DNA of 17,673 nt, taken from the NCBI GenBank assembly GCA_019348365.1, contig JAHWJO010000024.1, positions 1-17,673 on the forward strand, in the 5' to 3' direction. The notes beneath the pieces are model-generated. The model made no database searches, was not told where the DNA came from, and saw nothing but the letters and a program-made list of their open reading frames with translations. The stretch comes from Armatimonadota bacterium (GTDB lineage Bacteria; Armatimonadota; DTGP01; JAHWJO01). The position numbers and the translations under genes were made by a program. Positions 8,300-14,566 of the stretch are shown one piece after another (positions within the stretch are counted from its first letter, which is position 1; each line of letters starts with the position of its first letter).

Positions 8300-8353
8300 A
8301 ACGAGAGTCCGCGCAACGAGAGTCCGCGTAGAGGCGGGAGGAGAGTCTGCGTA
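8300..8353. repeat. Direct repeats (AACGAGAGTCCGCG[C/T] x2 in tandem, plus a third GAGAGTCTGCGTAG copy 23 bp on) in the intergenic region upstream of the protease gene and just 3' of the oxidoreductase gene.
   Basis: 8300-8314 and 8315-8329 are identical at 14 of 15 positions. 8339-8353 repeats the GAGAGTC(C/T)GCGTAG core. Three copies of a 13-14-mer within 54 bp are very unlikely by chance. The location fits a transcription-factor binding array for the protease promoter. Confidence 0.5.
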
Positions 8354-8369
8354 GGCGGAAAGATCGTTC

Positions 8370-9668
8370 TCAGGCGCGGGGATATTTCCAAGGCCCCCGG
8401 TAGTCACGCCGGAGGAGCCGGTTCGCCTGGGGGTCGCCGGGGATGACCTCTTTCTCGCCGTCCCACTTCACGCTGCGGCCCAGCTTGTAGCTGAGCATGC
8501 CCAGCAGCGCCAGGTTCGTCGAGCGGTGGCCGATCTCGATGTCGCAGACGGGCCGCTTGCCGGTCTTGATGCTCTGAACGAAATCCGCCCAGAGCTCGGG
8601 GATGTTCTGCTGATCGGGCTCGTGGAGCTTCGGGGCTTCGTGAACGACGGGGCGGCCCTTGTTGCTCGGGTAGAAGGTCCAGCCGTCCAGCCAGCCCATG
8701 TGGAAAGTGCCTTCCGTACCGTAGAAGTAACAGCCGATGTTGTGCTTTTCGGCCTCGTTGCCCGCGTACTGGCGGTGCTCCCACGTCGCGGTGAAATTGT
8801 CGAATTCGTACGTGACGACCTGCGTGTCGGGCGCGGTGGTGCTGTCCTGCTTGATGTGGCGCGCGCCGGTGGAGGAGACGGACCGGGGGTACTTCTCCTC
8901 GGTCCACCAGAGGATCTGGTCCATCCAGTGGATGCCCCAGTCGCCGAGCTGCCCGTTCGCGTAATCGAGGAACTGCCGGAACCCCCGGGGATGGATGGCG
9001 CGGTTGAAGGGGCGCAGGGGAGCGGGGCCGCACCACATGTCCCAGTCCAGTCCCTCGGGCGGCTCCGAATTGGGGGTGGGCCGTCCGGGGCCGCCGGGGT
9101 AGTGGACGAACGCCCGCACCATCCCGATCTCCCCGGCTTTGCCCGACTTCAGGAACTCCATTCCGGAGATGTTGTGCGGCGACACCCGGCGGTGGGTCCC
9201 CACCTGCACGACGCGGTCGTGCTTGCGGGCGGCGTTCACCATGGCGCGTCCTTCCAGGATCGTGTGGCCGATGGGCTTCTCGACGTAGACGTGCGCGCCG
9301 GACTCCACCGCCGCGATGGTGATGAGCGGGTGCCAGTGGTCCGGCGTGGCGACGATGACGATTTCCGGCTTCTCTTTCGCCAGCAGCTCGCGGTAGTCGC
9401 CGTAGGTGCGGGGGCGGTCGCCGGAGAGCCGCTCCACCTCCTGTGCGGCGGGGTTCAGCTGGTTCCGGTCCACGTCGCAGAGCGCGACGACGCGGGAGTC
9501 CCCGGCGGCCATGGCCGTTCGCAGGATGTTCATCCCCCACCACCCGGAGCCGACGAGGGCGGTCTTATAGGTTCGGGAGGCGGCGGCGTTCGTGGCCCCC
9601 AGCAGGGGCAGCGCGGAATAGGCCAGGCTGGCGTGGGCGGCGGTTTTCAAAATCTCTCGACGATGCAT
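8370..9668 (-). CDS. Tat-exported Gfo/Idh/MocA-family NAD(P)-binding oxidoreductase, possibly a GH109-like NAD-dependent glycosidase.
   Basis: A twin-arginine signal is present: MHRREILKTAAHASLAYSALPLLGATNAAA. The Rossmann motif is LVGSGWWG. The hallmark Gfo/Idh/MocA EKP motif is VYVEKPIGH. The protein is 432 aa. The alternate-frame ORF 8404-9543 and the antisense ORF 8526-9755 are Arg/Pro-rich shadows. Confidence 0.9.
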   Translation of the reverse strand: MHRREILKTAAHASLAYSALPLLGATNAAASRTYKTALVGSGWWGMNILRTAMAAGDSRVVALCDVDRNQLNPAAQEVERLSGDRPRTYGDYRELLAKEKPEIVIVATPDHWHPLITIAAVESGAHVYVEKPIGHTILEGRAMVNAARKHDRVVQVGTHRRVSPHNISGMEFLKSGKAGEIGMVRAFVHYPGGPGRPTPNSEPPEGLDWDMWCGPAPLRPFNRAIHPRGFRQFLDYANGQLGDWGIHWMDQILWWTEEKYPRSVSSTGARHIKQDSTTAPDTQVVTYEFDNFTATWEHRQYAGNEAEKHNIGCYFYGTEGTFHMGWLDGWTFYPSNKGRPVVHEAPKLHEPDQQNIPELWADFVQSIKTGKRPVCDIEIGHRSTNLALLGMLSYKLGRSVKWDGEKEVIPGDPQANRLLRRDYRGPWKYPRA

Positions 9669-9715
9669 AGGAAGGAACCTCTGGGGGACAGTTGGGGAGT
9701 CGCCCTCACCCCCGG

Positions 9716-9741
9716 CCCCTCTCCCAATGCTGGGAGAGGGG
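9716..9741. repeat. 26-bp GC-rich perfect palindrome CCCCTCTCCCAATGCTGGGAGAGGGG (11-bp stem, 4-nt loop) in the 5' leader of the oxidoreductase gene.
   Basis: I checked by hand that it is self-complementary. It lies ~48 nt upstream of the ATG at 9668. A second copy lies in opposite orientation at 9864-9889. Confidence 0.6.
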
Positions 9742-9863
9742 AGCCGAAGGCATAACTCTGAGGGGGAGGATACAATCGGAATTGATTTTCGTTCAGTCCC
9801 GATTCTCGTCTATACGATCCAAATAGAACCTCAATCCGAAGGAATTCATGACCTGATTAGTCA

Positions 9864-9889
9864 CCCCTCTCCCAGCATTGGGAGAGGGG
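9864..9889. repeat. Second copy, CCCCTCTCCCAGCATTGGGAGAGGGG, the exact reverse complement of the 9716-9741 element.
   Basis: It differs from copy 1 only in loop orientation, aatgct versus agcatt, so it is an inverted copy rather than a direct duplicate. Both copies are preceded by AGTC(GCCCTC)ACCCC-like sequence. Together they bracket a 122-bp AT-richer core (9742-9863). Confidence 0.6.
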
Positions 9890-10047
9890 TCAGCGCGAAG
9901 CGCGGGGGATGAGGGCCAGAACCCATGACGAGACAAATAGATAACGGGAACCCCCCAATGATCGGGCGATTCGATTATAACCCGTCTCCGCCGATCACGC
10001 GAGGGGGTGGCTTTCATCGGGCCGATTCTTTCTATCCGGTGTAGTCG

Positions 10048-11274
10048 TTAACCCTCTCGGTCCCACTCGGCGAGGAACGGCGCGACCGCCATCGGGGCGG
10101 GATCGACGTGGGATTCCGCCGTCCGTACGGCTGCCAGCAGCGCGTTCACATCATCGTCCGTGACGAACGCGTGCAGGGAGACGCGCACCGCCGGGGGATG
10201 CGGCTCCGGGATCCAGCGCGTCACGATCCCCGCCGATTCCCAGAGGTGTTTCACCACGCGCGGCGGGTGCAGGTCCCCGATCCGGAAGGCGATCAGGCCG
10301 GACCCCGCCTCGGGATCTTCCGGGCCGAGGAGGCGCACCCCCGTTATCCGTTTCAACCCATCGCGGGCGAGGGCGCTCACCTCCCGTATCCGCTCCGCAA
10401 GGGTGGAGGGTCCGTGCTCCTCCAGGAATTCGAGGCTCGTCTTCAGCGCCAGCAGTGCGGCGGGGTCCCGCGTGGCGACCTCGAACTTGGCGGCGGACGG
10501 CTTGAGGCGATAGTTCCCCTCGAAATCGAACCCCATGTCCCCGGCCCAGCCCACGCGGTCGGGCCGGAGGCGCTGCGCCCAGTCGCCGTGGAGGTAGAGC
10601 GTCCCGGTCCCCTCCGGCCCGAGCAGCCACTTCTGACCCGGAATCGCGACGAAGTCCGCGCCGAGCGCATCCAGCCGCAGGGGGAACTGCCCCGCCGACT
10701 GCGCCGCATCCGAGAGCACCGCCACCCCGGCCTCGTGCGCCCGCTCGATCAGCCGCTCCAGGGGCAGCACCCATCCGTCGATGTAGGAGACGTGGCTGAG
10801 GACGAGCAGCCGCGTCCGGGGCGTGAGCAGCCGCTCGAACTCCTCCAGAGGGTCTCGCCCATCCAGGAGGCGCATGACCTTCAGCCCCAGCCCGCTCCCC
10901 TTCGCTTTGTGATAGACCGGCAGCACAAGGCCGCTATGCTCCAGGTCGGTGGTGACGATCTCGTCGCCGGGCCGGAAGTCGAACCCGTTGAGGACGATGT
11001 TGATCCCCTCGCTGGTGCTGTGGGTGAGGACGTACTGGCCGGGCCGCCCCCCGAAGAACCGGGCCAGGGCACGGCGCAGGTCCGCCTCCCCCCCGAAGTA
11101 TCGCTTCACGGCCTCGTAGGAGCCCGGTCCCCGCGCACTGCTCCAGCGCAGGTACTCGCACTGGGCATCCAGGGAGCGGCGCGGCCACGGCCCCGACGTG
11201 CCGACGTTCATGTACCGCACGTCGGGGTCCAGCACGAGTTCGGAGCGGAAGGCAGAGGGGGAGAAATCGGGCAT
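10048..11274 (-). CDS. PLP-dependent class-V aminotransferase, of the cysteine desulfurase / isopenicillin-N epimerase-like superfamily.
   Basis: The N-terminus FRSELVLDPDVRYMNVGTSGPWP matches the class-V opening (FP.L...YLN.G..GP). SHVSYIDGWVLPLERLIERAHEAGVAVLSDAAQSAG is present. The Schiff-base lysine sits in FVAIPGQKWLLGPEGTGTLYL. There is no signal peptide. The antisense ORF 10108-11322 is a shadow. Confidence 0.88.
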   Translation of the reverse strand: MPDFSPSAFRSELVLDPDVRYMNVGTSGPWPRRSLDAQCEYLRWSSARGPGSYEAVKRYFGGEADLRRALARFFGGRPGQYVLTHSTSEGINIVLNGFDFRPGDEIVTTDLEHSGLVLPVYHKAKGSGLGLKVMRLLDGRDPLEEFERLLTPRTRLLVLSHVSYIDGWVLPLERLIERAHEAGVAVLSDAAQSAGQFPLRLDALGADFVAIPGQKWLLGPEGTGTLYLHGDWAQRLRPDRVGWAGDMGFDFEGNYRLKPSAAKFEVATRDPAALLALKTSLEFLEEHGPSTLAERIREVSALARDGLKRITGVRLLGPEDPEAGSGLIAFRIGDLHPPRVVKHLWESAGIVTRWIPEPHPPAVRVSLHAFVTDDDVNALLAAVRTAESHVDPAPMAVAPFLAEWDREG

Positions 11275-11356
11275 GGGTGGGTGGGTGGATGGAGTCGGGG
11301 GAAGAGTGTTATCACCGGATGAGGAAGATGGTTCCTCGTTGCTCGTACGCCGGTAG

Positions 11357-11512
11357 TTGCCCGGCGACTCCAGTCGCGGGCAACAAGGACGCGAAGTCGG
11401 CCTACGCCGACTTAAGGCTTATCTTCAGCCCATCCTCTCATGCAAGCTGGTCGTTAAGTCCCCGCAGGGGGACTTTGCGCCGTTGTTGCCCGCGACTGGA
11501 GTCGCCGGGCAA
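11357..11512. repeat. Composite palindromic element bounded by a perfect 30-bp inverted repeat, enclosing ~96 bp with two further 8-bp-stem hairpins. MITE-like or a structured RNA.
   Basis: 11357-11386 (TTGCCCGGCGACTCCAGTCGCGGGCAACAA) and 11483-11512 (TTGTTGCCCGCGACTGGAGTCGCCGGGCAA) are exact reverse complements; I verified this base by base. Each arm is itself nearly palindromic. Internal hairpins are AAGTCGGC-ctac-GCCGACTT (11394-11413) and AAGTCCCC-gca-GGGGACTT (11456-11474). The element lies between hisS and the aminotransferase gene. Confidence 0.6.
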
Positions 11513-11575
11513 AAGCCAGCGTACAAGAATCCCCCAATCCAGCGGTAACAGGTAAGGCGACCCTGGTTATTCCGG

Positions 11576-12883
11576 TTATTCCTGCGGGGCCGGGGAGACC
11601 GGCGGGGCTTCGCGGGTGGCGTCCAGCAGCTCTTTCACCCGGCGCGGCAGCTCGTCCAGCTCGACGAACTGCTGCTCCGAGGTTTGCAGCCATCGGACCG
11701 TCGCCGCCCCTTTTGAGAGCTCGTCATCGCCGAGCAGCAGCGCCAGTTGCGCGCCGGAGCGGTCCGCCTGTTTCATCTGCGACTTGAGGCTGCGGGAACC
11801 GTAACTCATCTCAGAAGCGATCCCGTCGCGCCGGAGCTGCCCCAGCACCGACACGCCGAACTTGTGGGCCGCCTCCCCCATCGTGGCGACGAAAACGTCC
11901 GGCCGGGGGCCTGAAGCGACGGGGCGAATCCCGTCCGCCGCCATTGCCTCCAGCACCCGCTCCATGCCGCTGCCGAAACCGATCCCCGGCGTGGGCGGGC
12001 CGCCCAGCTGCTCCACGAACCCGTCGTAGCGGCCCCCCGCGAGCACGGTGTCCTGCGCGCCGAGTCCCGCGTGCTTGAACTCGAAGGCCGTCTTGGTGTA
12101 ATAGTCCAGACCGCGCACGAGCCGCCGGTCCACCTCGAACTCGATGTCCAGATCGAGGAGATGATTTTGCAGCCGGGCGAAATGGTCCTGGCACTCCTCG
12201 CAGAGGTATTCGAGCATCACGGGCGCGTCCGCCGTCAGATCGCGGTCCCCCTCGTCCTTCGAGTCGAGGATCCGCATCGGGTTGGTCTCGAAACGGCGCT
12301 GGCTGTCCTCGCTGAGCCGGGGGAGCAGGGGCTGGAGGAATGCCTGGAGCGCCTCCCGGTAGGCGGGGCGACAGTTCGGGCATCCGACCGAATTAATAGA
12401 AAGCGCCGTTCCCGTGAGTCCCACGTCATCGAGATAGTGCCGCCCGAAACCGATGATCTCCGCATCAAGGGCGGGGTCCTGCGACCCGATGGCCTCGATC
12501 CCGACCTGGTGGTGCTGGCGGTAACGGGCTGCTGCGGGTCGTTCGTACCGGAAGTTTGGGGCGATATAGCACAGCTTGGCGAGGGGCATGGTGGCGTTCA
12601 AGCCGTTCTGGAGGTAGGCGCGCACGACTCCCGCCGTCCCTTCGGGACGCAGAGACAGGCTTTGACCGCTTCGGTCCTCGAACGTGTACATCTCCTTGCG
12701 GACGATGTCCGAGGATTCCCCGGAGGTTCGGGCAAAGACCTCCGTGTGCTCGAAGACGGGGGTGCGGATCTCCTGATAGCCGTACAGGCGGGTGACGCGG
12801 CGGAACTTCTCTTCCAGCCAGTGCCACAGGGGCGTTTCGTCCGGCATGATGTCGTGAGTGCCGCGCGGCGCAGCGTATTGCAT
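11576..12883 (-). CDS. hisS: Histidyl-tRNA synthetase (class II).
   Basis: The N-terminus is MQYAAPRGTHDIMPDETPLWHWLE...YGYQEIRTPVFEHTEVFARTSGESSDIV. The LRPEGTAGVVRAY and AGGRYDGF motifs are diagnostic for HisRS. The supplied ORF extends to 13021, but the ATG at 12883 (cat at 12881-12883) has AAGGAGG 9 nt upstream and starts the conserved N-terminus. The antisense ORF 12071-13108 is a shadow. Confidence 0.95.
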   Translation of the reverse strand: MQYAAPRGTHDIMPDETPLWHWLEEKFRRVTRLYGYQEIRTPVFEHTEVFARTSGESSDIVRKEMYTFEDRSGQSLSLRPEGTAGVVRAYLQNGLNATMPLAKLCYIAPNFRYERPAAARYRQHHQVGIEAIGSQDPALDAEIIGFGRHYLDDVGLTGTALSINSVGCPNCRPAYREALQAFLQPLLPRLSEDSQRRFETNPMRILDSKDEGDRDLTADAPVMLEYLCEECQDHFARLQNHLLDLDIEFEVDRRLVRGLDYYTKTAFEFKHAGLGAQDTVLAGGRYDGFVEQLGGPPTPGIGFGSGMERVLEAMAADGIRPVASGPRPDVFVATMGEAAHKFGVSVLGQLRRDGIASEMSYGSRSLKSQMKQADRSGAQLALLLGDDELSKGAATVRWLQTSEQQFVELDELPRRVKELLDATREAPPVSPAPQE

Positions 12884-13303
12884 GAGTCTCGGTCCTCCTT
12901 CAGCGTTCTCTTTAACGGTTATGGTAGAGGGCTCACGCGGGGAATGCAAATCATGCTGCACCTCATGCGGAGGAGGGTCGGACCAGGGTCCCCTCAGGCA
13001 GCCGGAACGGATCCGAAACACGGTTGCGCGAGACGCGGTCAGAACAAGAAAGCCCGGTCATGGAAGCGAGGGATGGGACTCGGAATTCGGTTCGCAGCGT
13101 TGGATTGAGGGGCAGTTCGTGGAGAAGCGGGGAAGTTCAGATGCCGGAATCGGGGTCGCTGATCATTGTAAAGCAACGCTGCGCATCCGCCCGAACCATT
13201 TCTTCTTTTACGTGGAGTCGCCGCTGTAAATATCGCCGGATAAACTCTTGTCGGCGCATTTTCTTTAGAATGCTCAGCCAAAACTGCGGCGGCATGGGGG
13301 ATT

Positions 13304-13321
13304 CGCATGGGGGTCCATGCG
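13304..13321 (-). terminator. Small GC hairpin CGCATGG-gggt-CCATGCG, 23 nt downstream of the tRNA 3' end. Possible tRNA terminator or processing structure.
   Basis: A 7-bp perfect stem. GCATGGGGG also occurs as a direct repeat at 13292-13300. A UUUU run follows on the minus strand only ~18 nt later, so terminator function is uncertain. Confidence 0.25.
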
Positions 13322-13343
13322 GGTCAAGCGGGGGAGATTCAAA

Positions 13344-13415
13344 AGCAGGAGACGAGGTTCGAACTCGCGACCTCCTCCTTGGCAAGGAGGCGTTCTACCA
13401 CTGAACTACTCCTGC
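13344..13415 (-). tRNA. tRNA-Gly, anticodon GCC, 72 nt, no encoded CCA.
   Basis: Folded by hand from the reverse complement: GCAGGAG-TA-GTTC-AGTGGTA-GAAC-G-CCTCC-TTGCCAA-GGAGG-AGGTC-GCGAG-TTCGAAC-CTCGT-CTCCTGC-T. It has a 7-bp acceptor stem, U8, GG in the D loop, the anticodon loop UUGCCAA (GCC at positions 34-36), a GTTCGAAC T-loop and discriminator U as expected for Gly. Confidence 0.9.
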
Positions 13416-13491
13416 ATGTTTATCGGTTGCAGGCCGGTTGCAAGACCTGATCCTTACACACTCGAACGTCAGGCCACTCTTGCAACGGTTC

Positions 13492-13521
13492 TATTATTTT
13501 CCAAATCGGCGCTGCTGTCAA
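13492..13521 (-). promoter_or_regulatory. Candidate sigma70-type promoter for tRNA-Gly: -35 TTGACA (13516-13521), 18-nt spacer, -10 AATAAT (13492-13497).
   Basis: Read on the minus strand: GGGCTTGACAGCAGCGCCGATTTGGAAAATAATAGAAC. This would give a ~70-nt leader before the mature tRNA 5' end. Confidence 0.4.
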
Positions 13522-13656
13522 GCCCGCCGAGCCCACAAACCCGCGTCTCCTGACCGTTTCATCCCATAGATCCGGCGTTGAAAACGATCTACTCTTCTTC
13601 TCCCTCGCTCACCCCCGCCCGGGACGGCCCGTCCAGCAGCAGGAGAGGTCAACCCC

Positions 13657-13685
13657 TTGACTGCTTATCTGGTCTCTGGTATAAT
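13657..13685 (+). promoter_or_regulatory. Near-consensus sigma70 promoter for the nfeD-like/flotillin operon: TTGACT, 17-nt spacer, TATAAT.
   Basis: CCCCTTGACTgcttatctggtctctggTATAATcc. The -35 differs from consensus by 1 nt, the -10 is perfect and the spacer is 17 nt. This gives a ~75-nt leader to the ATG at 13769. Confidence 0.6.
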
Positions 13686-13768
13686 CCTTGGTGTCTGGGA
13701 TTCTCTGTAATATCGGGTTTTCATGGCTCCCGTCACGGACAGGCGGCGTTTCGGAAAGGAGATCGCGC

Positions 13769-14536
13769 ATGCTGGCGGATTGGGTCCAATGGTACTACCT
13801 GATCTACCTGCTGCCGCTGGGCCTCGCGTTCGTTCTTCTCCTGGCTTCTGCTCTGGCGTCCGGAGGAGACGGCGATGGCGATGCCGATGCGTCCGGCCTC
13901 GATACCGGCGATGCTTCTCACGATTTCGAGGGCCTCACCGCCGATGCCCCGGCCATGGAGGGCATGGCGGACGCGCACGGGCCTTTCGACGGGCATCTCC
14001 TCTCCGTCGAAACCGCCCACGCGACGGATCCCCATGCCGACTCCGCTCACCACGAGTCGCACGATTCCTCGATGGGGCAGCAGTTGCTGCTTTTTTTCGG
14101 GATCGGGCGGGCGCCCCTGACCCTGCTCCTTCAGGGGTTCCTCCTCACCTGGGGTGTGGTGGGGTTCTACGTCACCCGGATGCTCTCCGAGCAGTGGCGC
14201 GATCCCGCCTGGTTCGTGCCGGTGGGGATGGTCACGGCCGGATTGAGCGGATTGCTGGGGATGAAGCTCCTCGGCGCGGTCGGCTCCCGTTACCTCAAGC
14301 CCGTCGAATCGTATGCGATGCGCCAGGACGACCTCCTGGGCGAAATCGGGACCGTGATCTATCCGGTGACGGAGACCTCGGGCCGCGTCCACGTCTACGA
14401 CCGTCACGGCACGCTTCACATCGAAAGCTGCCGGATCGGGCCGGGGGAGGAGGCGATCCCCCGGAACGCCAAAGTCCTCCTGGTGCGCCACGACCCCCAG
14501 CGGGACCTCTACCGGGTGGAGCTTTCACCCCTGTAA
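13769..14536 (+). CDS. NfeD-like membrane protein of the YqiJ/YuaF type. It has N-terminal and central TM helices, an acidic/His-rich loop and a C-terminal NfeD OB-fold domain. It is the usual partner of flotillin/SPFH proteins.
   Basis: The supplied ORF starts at 13688. The ATG at 13769 (MLADWVQWYYLIYLLPLGLAFVLLLASALASGG) has AAAGGAG 8 nt upstream and opens directly into a TM helix. A D/H/E-rich segment (GDGDGDADASGLDTGDASHDFEG...HADSAHHESHDSS) is followed by hydrophobic helices. The C-terminal GEIGTVIYPVTETSGRVHVYDRHGTLHIESCRIG...KVLLVRHD is NfeD beta-barrel-like. The overlapping ORFs 13723-14751(+) and 13733-14491(-) are Arg/Pro-rich shadows. Confidence 0.82.
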   Translation: MLADWVQWYYLIYLLPLGLAFVLLLASALASGGDGDGDADASGLDTGDASHDFEGLTADAPAMEGMADAHGPFDGHLLSVETAHATDPHADSAHHESHDSSMGQQLLLFFGIGRAPLTLLLQGFLLTWGVVGFYVTRMLSEQWRDPAWFVPVGMVTAGLSGLLGMKLLGAVGSRYLKPVESYAMRQDDLLGEIGTVIYPVTETSGRVHVYDRHGTLHIESCRIGPGEEAIPRNAKVLLVRHDPQRDLYRVELSPL

Positions 14537-14549
14537 GGAAGGCTTACTC

Positions 14550-14566
14550 TCGCCTCATTTTGAGGC
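14550..14566 (+). other. Small hairpin CGCCTCA-ttt-TGAGGCG, 14 nt after the nfeD-like stop codon.
   Basis: A 7-bp perfect inverted repeat. No U-tract follows, so it is unlikely to be a strong terminator. It is possibly an RNA processing or stability element between the two genes. Confidence 0.3.

Noticed and set aside
8404-9755. Alternate-frame ORFs over the oxidoreductase gene (379 aa on minus strand at 8404-9543, 409 aa on plus strand at 8526-9755)
   Set aside because: Only the 8370-9668 frame has the Tat signal, the Rossmann GxGxxG and the EKP motif. The others are Arg/Pro/Gly-rich shadows.
11559-11576. Tandem 9-mer GGTTATTCC GGTTATTCC at the hisS stop codon
   Set aside because: Only two copies, overlapping the stop codon and last codons. 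Most simply a local duplication with no flanking structure.
10108-13108. Long antisense ORFs over the aminotransferase gene (10108-11322) and hisS (12071-13108), plus nested 60-200-aa ORFs
   Set aside because: The minus-strand frames carry diagnostic aminotransferase and HisRS motifs. The antisense translations are low-complexity.
12884-13343. Possible T-box leader upstream of hisS
   Set aside because: I looked for the conserved T-box sequence (AATTAGGGTGGNACCGCG-like) on the minus strand of the 460-bp hisS upstream region and did not find it. Only minor hairpins are present.
13416-13480. tRNA-like appearance of GGTTGCAGGCCGGTTGCAAGACC next to tRNA-Gly
   Set aside because: No cloverleaf can be drawn (no D- or T-arm, no GTTCGA motif). 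It is more likely the promoter-proximal leader of the tRNA.
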